DNA from: Betaproteobacteria bacterium
GTDB lineage: Bacteria; Pseudomonadota; Gammaproteobacteria; Burkholderiales; SG8-39
Length of the DNA stretch: 39,280 bases
Assembly (NCBI GenBank): GCA_019237595.1
Contig: JAFAGU010000053.1
Span: forward strand, 1-39,280
Direction: 5' to 3'
This document shows positions 31,465 to 39,280 of the stretch, piece after piece (the first letter of the stretch is position 1; each line of letters begins with the position of its first letter). The notes under the pieces were generated by a model that saw only the letters and a program-made list of their open reading frames with translations, was not told the DNA's origin and searched no databases. Position numbers and translations under genes: made by a program.

Positions 31465-31541
31465 TGGTGGGCCGGGTTGGAATCGAACCAACGACCAAGG
31501 GATTATGAGTCCCCTGCTCTGACCGGCTGAGCTACCGGCCC
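31465..31541 (-). tRNA. tRNA with CAT anticodon, most likely tRNA-Ile2 (lysidine)
   Basis: GGGCCGG acceptor stem, GGGGA-CTCATAA-TCCCT anticodon arm, encoded CCA; position downstream of rpoD resembles E. coli ileX; lacks the initiator C1:A72 mismatch. Confidence 0.9.
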
Positions 31542-31564
31542 CCGCGCCCTTATAGCAGAAAGGG

Positions 31565-33772
<2,208 letters not shown>

Positions 33773-33885
33773 CTTTCCCCCGGTACGGAGCTCGGACTGT
33801 CGGTTTTCAATGCACTTCAGAGGACTTCAAGAGAACCGTAGATTGTAGCAAAAGAGCCCTGTTTCAAGAGGCTTTTCGGCTCGTT

Positions 33886-35679
33886 TTACTGGCGAGAAGC
33901 TGGCCCGATGCTTGCAGTCCGGCCCTCCACCTGCAGCCGCTGCTCCAGCGCCTTTACCTCCGTGATCATGCGGCCGTATCGCACGTGCTCTTCCTTTGAC
34001 AGCTTTCCCTGCCGAAGTTTTTCCCCGAGGAGCTTGATGGCGCCATTCTTCCGGTTGATCTCCATCTTCCACAGGGCGTGGCGGACCTCGAGCCGCGCCC
34101 CCTCCTCGGTTTCGGCGACGCTGGCGGCATCAGCCTGTGCGGCAAAAACGAGCTCCGCATGCGCTCCGTTCTGCAAGCGCTCGATGAGCATCGCCCCCGA
34201 AGCGGGTGACTCTTGAACGCTCTCCGACAGGGCGTGGAGCGCCCGGGACTCAGGCAGGTTCGCGTCGAGGAGCGCGAGATCGATCTCGGCAAGAACCGCG
34301 GGCCAGGCCACGGCCTGGCAAAGCACCTTCCATTCCGGAGTCGTGGGCGCGGCGAACGCTTTCTTCGCCGGCGCGGGCCGCCGATAAACCGGCGCCTCTT
34401 CCGGCCGCCCCAGAAGGCGCTCGGCTTCTTCCGCCGTCAGCTCGGAGAGGCGGGCCGCTTCTTTGAGGAGCTGAATCCTGAGGGCAGGGGCCGTGATTTT
34501 TTGGAGATGCGGCTTTGCTGCAGCGATGAACTGCGACCGCCCCTCAGGACTCGACAAACTGAATTGGCCGCGTAGCTCGGCAAACAGGAACTCGGAGAGC
34601 GTCTGCGCCTCGCCGACCAGGCGCTCGAACGCTTCCTGGCCGTGCTTGCGAATGTAGGTGTCGGGATCTTCGCCGTCAGGGAGGAAGAGAAAGCGGATCG
34701 GCTTGTCGTCGGGCGCGAGCGGCAGGCTGACCTCGAGCGCGCGCCAGGCGGCTTTGCGACCCGCCGCGTCGCCGTCGAACGAGAACACGATCTCATCGGC
34801 GAGGCGCAGGAGCTTCTGGACGTGCACGGGCGTGGTGGCCGTGCCAAGCGTGGCGACGGCATAGCCCACGCCGAACTGCGCGAGCGCCACCACGTCCATA
34901 TAGCCCTCGACGACGAGCACGCGGCTTGCCTGGCGGATCGCATCGCGGGCCTGCACGAGGCCGTAGACCTCGCGTCCCTTTTCGAAGAGCGGCGTCTCCG
35001 GAGAATTGAGGTATTTCGGCTCGCCCTCGCCAATCACGCGCCCGCCGAAGCCGATGACGGCCCCTCGGGCATTCAGGATCGGGAACATCACCCGGCCGCG
35101 GAAGCGGTCGTAGCGCTTACCCTCGTTCTCGATCACCAAGCCGCACTCGACGAGCGATTTGTCTTCGTACTCGGGGAAGACGGCCTTCAGGGCCTGCCAG
35201 TCATCGGGCGCGTAGCCCATGCGGAACCTCGCGGCGATTTCGCCGGTGAGGCCGCGGCCCTTCAGGTACTCGATCGCCTGCGGGGACTTCTTGAGCTCGG
35301 CTCGGTAGAAGTCCATCGCCTTCTCCATGACCCCGTAGAGGTCGGTCTGGCGCTCGTCGCGGGCGATCTCCTCCTTAGTCCTGGGCTTGAATTCCGGCAT
35401 CTGCATGCCGACGGACGAGGCGAGGTCCTTCACGGCGTCGACGTAGCCCATGCCGCCGTAGGCCATCAGGAAGCCGATCGCGTTGCCGTGCACCCCGCAG
35501 CCGAAGCAGTGATAGAACTGCTTGGTCGGGCTCACCGAGAAGGAAGGCGTCTTCTCGTTGTGGAAGGGGCAGAGCCCCTGGAAGTTGGCGCCCGCTTTCT
35601 TCAGGCGCACGTAGCGCGAGACGACTTCGACGATATCGACCCGGTTGAGGAGGTCCTGCTTGAACGAGTCGGGAATCAT
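33886..35679 (-). CDS. dnaG: DNA primase
   Basis: CPFHNEKTPSF...HCFGC zinc domain, PKYLNSPET, VEGYMDV, FDGDAAG, DPD. Confidence 0.98.
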   Translation of the reverse strand: MIPDSFKQDLLNRVDIVEVVSRYVRLKKAGANFQGLCPFHNEKTPSFSVSPTKQFYHCFGCGVHGNAIGFLMAYGGMGYVDAVKDLASSVGMQMPEFKPRTKEEIARDERQTDLYGVMEKAMDFYRAELKKSPQAIEYLKGRGLTGEIAARFRMGYAPDDWQALKAVFPEYEDKSLVECGLVIENEGKRYDRFRGRVMFPILNARGAVIGFGGRVIGEGEPKYLNSPETPLFEKGREVYGLVQARDAIRQASRVLVVEGYMDVVALAQFGVGYAVATLGTATTPVHVQKLLRLADEIVFSFDGDAAGRKAAWRALEVSLPLAPDDKPIRFLFLPDGEDPDTYIRKHGQEAFERLVGEAQTLSEFLFAELRGQFSLSSPEGRSQFIAAAKPHLQKITAPALRIQLLKEAARLSELTAEEAERLLGRPEEAPVYRRPAPAKKAFAAPTTPEWKVLCQAVAWPAVLAEIDLALLDANLPESRALHALSESVQESPASGAMLIERLQNGAHAELVFAAQADAASVAETEEGARLEVRHALWKMEINRKNGAIKLLGEKLRQGKLSKEEHVRYGRMITEVKALEQRLQVEGRTASIGPASRQ

Positions 35680-35698
35680 GGCGGGGCGCTCCCGCTTT

Positions 35699-36145
35699 TT
35701 AGCCTGCCAGCCTCGCCTTGACTAGTGCGGAAACGGCGGCCATGTCGGCGCGCCCCGCGAGGCGCGCCTTGAGGGCGGCCATCACCTTGCCCATGTCCTT
35801 CGGCCCGGCGGCGCCGGTCTCGGAAATGACCGAGTTGATCTCGCCCTGGATTTCAGCCTCGCCGAGCTTCTGGGGCAGGTAGCCCGAAAGCACCGCGATC
35901 TCCGCCTTTTCCTTGTCGGCGAGATCGGCCCGCGCCGCCTTCTCGAACTGCGCAATCGATTCCCGGCGCTGCTTAACCATCTTCTCGATGATGGCGAGGA
36001 CGTCGGCGTCGGAGAGCTCGACGCGCTCGTCCACCTCCTTCTGCTTCATGGCCGCGAGGAGCAGCCGGACCGTGGACAGGCGCGCGCCGTCCCTGGCCCG
36101 CATCGCGGCCTTCATGTCCTCGTTGATTTTGTCCTTGAGCGGGAT
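35699..36145 (-). CDS. GatB/YqeY domain protein
   Basis: [15 protein letters not shown]...[10 protein letters not shown]...KDMGKVM...LAGRADM; the expected start position holds ATC (36145); first ATG at 36115. Confidence 0.92.
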   Translation of the reverse strand: MPLKDKINEDMKAAMRARDGARLSTVRLLLAAMKQKEVDERVELSDADVLAIIEKMVKQRRESIAQFEKAARADLADKEKAEIAVLSGYLPQKLGEAEIQGEINSVISETGAAGPKDMGKVMAALKARLAGRADMAAVSALVKARLAG

Positions 36146-36153
36146 GCTGCTTC

Positions 36154-36366
36154 TTAGTACAGCTTCTGCGGCAGCATCTGGCTGCGCAGGCGCTTGTGAT
36201 GGCGCTTCACCGCGGCCGCGAGCTTGCGCTTCCTCTCGGCGGTCGGCTTTTCGTAGAACTCGCGCGAGCGCAGCTCCGTGAGCAGCCCGGTCTTCTCGAC
36301 CGTGCGCTTGAAGCGGCGCATCGCCACCTCGAAGGGCTCGTTTTCCTTGACGCGAACAGTCGGCAT
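36154..36366 (-). CDS. rpsU: 30S ribosomal protein S21
   Basis: [21 protein letters not shown]...[14 protein letters not shown], 70 aa. Confidence 0.98.
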   Translation of the reverse strand: MPTVRVKENEPFEVAMRRFKRTVEKTGLLTELRSREFYEKPTAERKRKLAAAVKRHHKRLRSQMLPQKLY

Positions 36367-36420
36367 AAAGCTCGGGATCCGGGACTCGAAAAGGGGCGGA
36401 ATTGTATCAGAATCGCCCGC

Positions 36421-37431
36421 ATGATCGTCCTGGGCATCGAGACCTCGTGCGACGAGACGGGCGTCGCGCTCTACGAACCCGCCGGCAGCGGCGGGGAGAG
36501 CGGACAGCTCCTCGCGCATGTCGTGCACTCGCAAGTCGCAATGCACGAGGCCTACGGCGGCGTGGTCCCCGAGATCGCCTCGCGGGACCATGTGCGGCGG
36601 CTCGTCCCCCTCACGCGCAAGGTGTTCGACCAAGCCGGGCGGCAGCTCCGCGAGCTCGAGGCCATCGGCTACACCGAAGGACCCGGCCTCGCCGGGGCGC
36701 TTCTCGTGGGCGCTTCCTTCGCGCACGGACTTGCCTTCTCACTGGGCATCCCGGCGATCGGCATCCACCACCTGGAAGGGCATCTTCTCTCGCCCCTTCT
36801 CTCGGATCCCGCGCCCGAGTTTCCCTTCGTCGCGCTTCTGGTCTCGGGCGGGCACACGCAGCTCATGAGGGTCGACGCGCCCGGGACCTACCGGCTGCTC
36901 GGCGAGACGCAGGACGACGCGGCGGGCGAGGCGTTCGACAAGACAGCGAAGCTCCTCGGGCTGGGGTACCCAGGCGGGCCGGCGCTTTCGCGCCTCGCCG
37001 AGGAAGGCTCGCCGGGCCGGCTGCGCCTGCCGCGGCCGATGATCGACAGCGGCAACCTGGACTTCAGCTTTTCCGGCCTGAAGACCGCGGTCTCCACTGC
37101 AATGAGGAAGTCGCCACAGGAAGCCAGCGACGTCGCGCGCGCATTCGTCGACGCCGTGGTCGACGTCCTTGTCGCCAAGTGCACGGCAGCGCTCCAAGCG
37201 ACGGGACTGCGGCGTCTCGTCGTCGCCGGCGGCGTCGGGGCGAACCGGCAGCTTCGCGACGCGCTCGACGAACGCGCGAGCCAGGGGCGCTTCTCGGTGT
37301 TCTATCCGCCGCTCGAGCTTTGTACCGACAACGGCGCGATGATCGCCTTTGCCGCCGCGCAGCGCCTGCGCGCGACAAAGGCTCGCGGCGGCTTCAGCGT
37401 CAAGCCGCGCTGGGATCTGGCGGAGGCGTAG
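36421..37431 (+). CDS. tsaD: tRNA N6-adenosine threonylcarbamoyltransferase
   Basis: [56 protein letters not shown]. Confidence 0.98.
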   Translation: MIVLGIETSCDETGVALYEPAGSGGESGQLLAHVVHSQVAMHEAYGGVVPEIASRDHVRRLVPLTRKVFDQAGRQLRELEAIGYTEGPGLAGALLVGASFAHGLAFSLGIPAIGIHHLEGHLLSPLLSDPAPEFPFVALLVSGGHTQLMRVDAPGTYRLLGETQDDAAGEAFDKTAKLLGLGYPGGPALSRLAEEGSPGRLRLPRPMIDSGNLDFSFSGLKTAVSTAMRKSPQEASDVARAFVDAVVDVLVAKCTAALQATGLRRLVVAGGVGANRQLRDALDERASQGRFSVFYPPLELCTDNGAMIAFAAAQRLRATKARGGFSVKPRWDLAEA

Positions 37432-38032
37432 CCTTCTTCGCGCCGAGCTTCGACTCCGTCCCCGCGGCGAGGCGCTTGATGTTCTCGCGATGGCGCCAGG
37501 TGAGAAGTACGGCCATCGCCGCGACCGCCACGACCGTGGCCGTCCCGAGCTTCAGGAACCAGGCAAAAAAGACCGCGAATGCCGCCGCCACGATCGACGC
37601 GAGCGACACATAGCGGAAGAAGGCGACGATGATCGCGAAGGTCGCGATCGTGCCGACGCCCAGCCAGAGATCGAAGCCGAAAAGAGTCCCGGCCGCGGTC
37701 GCGACGCCCTTGCCGCCCCGGAAGCGGTAGAAGACGGGATAGAGATGTCCGAGGAAAGCCGCCGCCCCGGCCACGGCCATGGCGAGCGCATCGCCCGTGC
37801 AGAGCTGGGCGAGCCAGACGGCCAGCCAGCCCTTGGCCGCATCGCCGGCGAGCGTAAGCAGCGCCGCGGCCTTGCTCCCCGAGCGCAGCACGTTCGTCGC
37901 ACCGGGGTTCCCGGAGCCGTAGCTCCTCGGGTCCGGAAGCGCCATGGCGCGGCTCACGACGATGGCGAACGAGACCGACCCCAGCGCGTAGGCGGCCAAG
38001 GCGACGACGGCGAGCTGGAGCCCGAGCGGCAT
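37400..38032 (-). CDS. plsY: Glycerol-3-phosphate acyltransferase PlsY
   Basis: [29 protein letters not shown]...[16 protein letters not shown]. Confidence 0.96.
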   Translation of the reverse strand: MPLGLQLAVVALAAYALGSVSFAIVVSRAMALPDPRSYGSGNPGATNVLRSGSKAAALLTLAGDAAKGWLAVWLAQLCTGDALAMAVAGAAAFLGHLYPVFYRFRGGKGVATAAGTLFGFDLWLGVGTIATFAIIVAFFRYVSLASIVAAAFAVFFAWFLKLGTATVVAVAAMAVLLTWRHRENIKRLAAGTESKLGAKKATPPPDPSAA

Positions 38033-38055
38033 GGACGCGATTCTATAATCGTCCG

Positions 38056-38409
38056 ATGGATGCCATCCTCTTTCGCGACCTGCGCATCGAAGCTTCCATC
38101 GGCATCCACAAGCGCGAGCGCTTCATCAAGCAGACGCTGTCCATCGACCTCGAGATCGGCATCCCGGGAACCGCGGTGTTCTCGAGCGACAAGGTCGCCG
38201 ACACGATCGACTACGAGCAGGTCACGCTCAAGATCGGCGCCCTCCTCGCGAGCGGCCATTTCCGGTTGGTGGAAACCGTCGCCGAGCGCATCGCGGACCT
38301 CCTCCTCGACGACTTCTCCGCTCCCTGGTGCAAGGTGAGCGTCGCGAAGCTCGGCATCCTGCCCGGCACCAAATGGGTGGGCGTGAGCATCGAGCGGGGA
38401 AAACGCTAG
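38056..38409 (+). CDS. folB: Dihydroneopterin aldolase
   Basis: IGIHKRER, QTLSIDLE, DTIDYE, LVETVAERIA, VAKLG, VGVSIER; divergent from plsY. Confidence 0.94.
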   Translation: MDAILFRDLRIEASIGIHKRERFIKQTLSIDLEIGIPGTAVFSSDKVADTIDYEQVTLKIGALLASGHFRLVETVAERIADLLLDDFSAPWCKVSVAKLGILPGTKWVGVSIERGKR

Positions 38410-38879
38410 TCCTCGAGCGCGACGTCCACCGGTATTGGGTTCAACAGCCGAACGATCTCTGCAGGGTGGATTCGAACGAGAAAACCGCGTCGGCCGCCGT
38501 TGATGTAGATCGACGCCAGCTCGAGGATGGAGCGCTCCACGAACACCGGAATCGGTTTCCTCGTGCCAAAGGGCGAAGTGCCGCCGACCTGGTAGCCGGT
38601 ATGGCGCTGGGCAACCTCGGGCTTGCACGGCTCGATTCTCTTGCGCCCGGCCTGGCGCGCGAGGTTCTTCGTCGAGACCTTGCGATCGCCGTGCATGAGC
38701 ACGATGAGCGGCTTGCGGTTCTCGTCCTCCATGACGAGGGTCTTCACGACCTCGCTCTCCGGGACGTTGAGCGAAACCGATGAGACACGCGTGCCGCCGT
38801 GCTCGACGTACTCGTATTCGTGCTCCGTGTACGCGACGCCTCGCGACTTGAGGAAAACGGTCGCAGGCGTATCAGCCAC
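38406..38879 (-). CDS. ybaK: Cys-tRNA(Pro) deacylase, YbaK/EbsC family
   Basis: [34 protein letters not shown]. Confidence 0.9.
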   Translation of the reverse strand: MADTPATVFLKSRGVAYTEHEYEYVEHGGTRVSSVSLNVPESEVVKTLVMEDENRKPLIVLMHGDRKVSTKNLARQAGRKRIEPCKPEVAQRHTGYQVGGTSPFGTRKPIPVFVERSILELASIYINGGRRGFLVRIHPAEIVRLLNPIPVDVALED

Positions 38880-39280
38880 GGGGATGGTGGGCGGCGTGGA
38901 GCTTCTTCAGCCGCTCGCGCGCCACGTGCGTGTAGATCTGCGTCGTGGAGATGTCCGCATGGCCGAGGAGGAGCTGTACCACGCGCAGGTCGGCGCCGTG
39001 GTTGATGAGGTGCGTGGCAAACGCATGGCGAAGGACGTGCGGCGAGAGCTTCTTTCCGGGGATCGCGCGCCGGCCGTAGCGCCGCAGGAGATGCCAGAAG
39101 GCTTGCCGCGTCATGCCGCCGCCGCGCCCGGTGATGAAGAGTACGTCGGACGCCGACTTGGGGCGCGCCTCGAGATAGCGGCCGATCCAGTCGGCCGCGG
39201 TCTCGCCGAGCGGCACGAGCCGTTCCTTCGAGCCTTTGCCGCGCGTGCGCACGACGTTAGCGTTGAGGTCGACCTCGAAG
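38872..39280 (-). CDS. xerD: Tyrosine recombinase XerD, 3' part (runs off window end)
   Basis: [57 protein letters not shown]. Confidence 0.93.
   Translation of the reverse strand, partial: FEVDLNANVVRTRGKGSKERLVPLGETAADWIGRYLEARPKSASDVLFITGRGGGMTRQAFWHLLRRYGRRAIPGKKLSPHVLRHAFATHLINHGADLRVVQLLLGHADISTTQIYTHVARERLKKLHAAHHPRG

Noticed and set aside
31465-31541. Calling the CAT-anticodon tRNA tRNA-Met or tRNA-fMet
   Set aside because: It lacks the initiator C1:A72 mismatch, and its sequence and rpoD-linked position fit tRNA-Ile2 better.
33842-33888. CTTGAAA...TACAAT upstream of rpoD as a sigma32 promoter, or a hairpin terminator after dnaG
   Set aside because: The spacing is too short for sigma70, the -10 does not match sigma32, and the inverted repeat is imperfect. 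A promoter is likely here but its type cannot be called.
38872-39280. Tyrosine recombinase as a sign of a mobile element
   Set aside because: The motifs ([12 protein letters not shown] end) and housekeeping context identify chromosomal XerD.

Overview
A GC-rich, very compact chromosomal segment that looks betaproteobacterial (argH-fimS/algR-hemCDX synteny, hemA-prfA-prmC-grxD, ridA-recG-ubiA, rpsU-yqeY-dnaG-rpoD-tRNA-Ile2, RpoD with a long basic N-terminus). Most of it is housekeeping: haem synthesis, translation termination, groESL with a perfect CIRCE operator, dacB, ubiA/ubiD, the macromolecular synthesis operon, tsaD, plsY, folB, ybaK, xerD and three tRNAs. Two accessory-looking blocks lie near tRNA 3' ends. 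Block 11.2-16.5 kb holds a PAS kinase/NarL-type regulator pair, an orphan ACP plus ketosynthase pair and a PAS-PAS hybrid kinase. Block 25.9-30.3 kb holds a receiver/NarL-regulator/REC-kinase module, a type IB topoisomerase and two small secreted proteins sharing a C-x10-C motif; near-identical sigma54-type boxes precede the topoisomerase and the first secreted protein. Other points of interest are a Ser/Thr kinase-cNMP fusion coupled to argH, a putative Zn-finger microprotein behind tRNA-Ile2, many apparently leaderless genes, and scattered single-base deviations at normally invariant positions, which may be sequence errors. I saw no CRISPR array, transposase or phage genes. All calls come from reading the sequence; no database searches were run.
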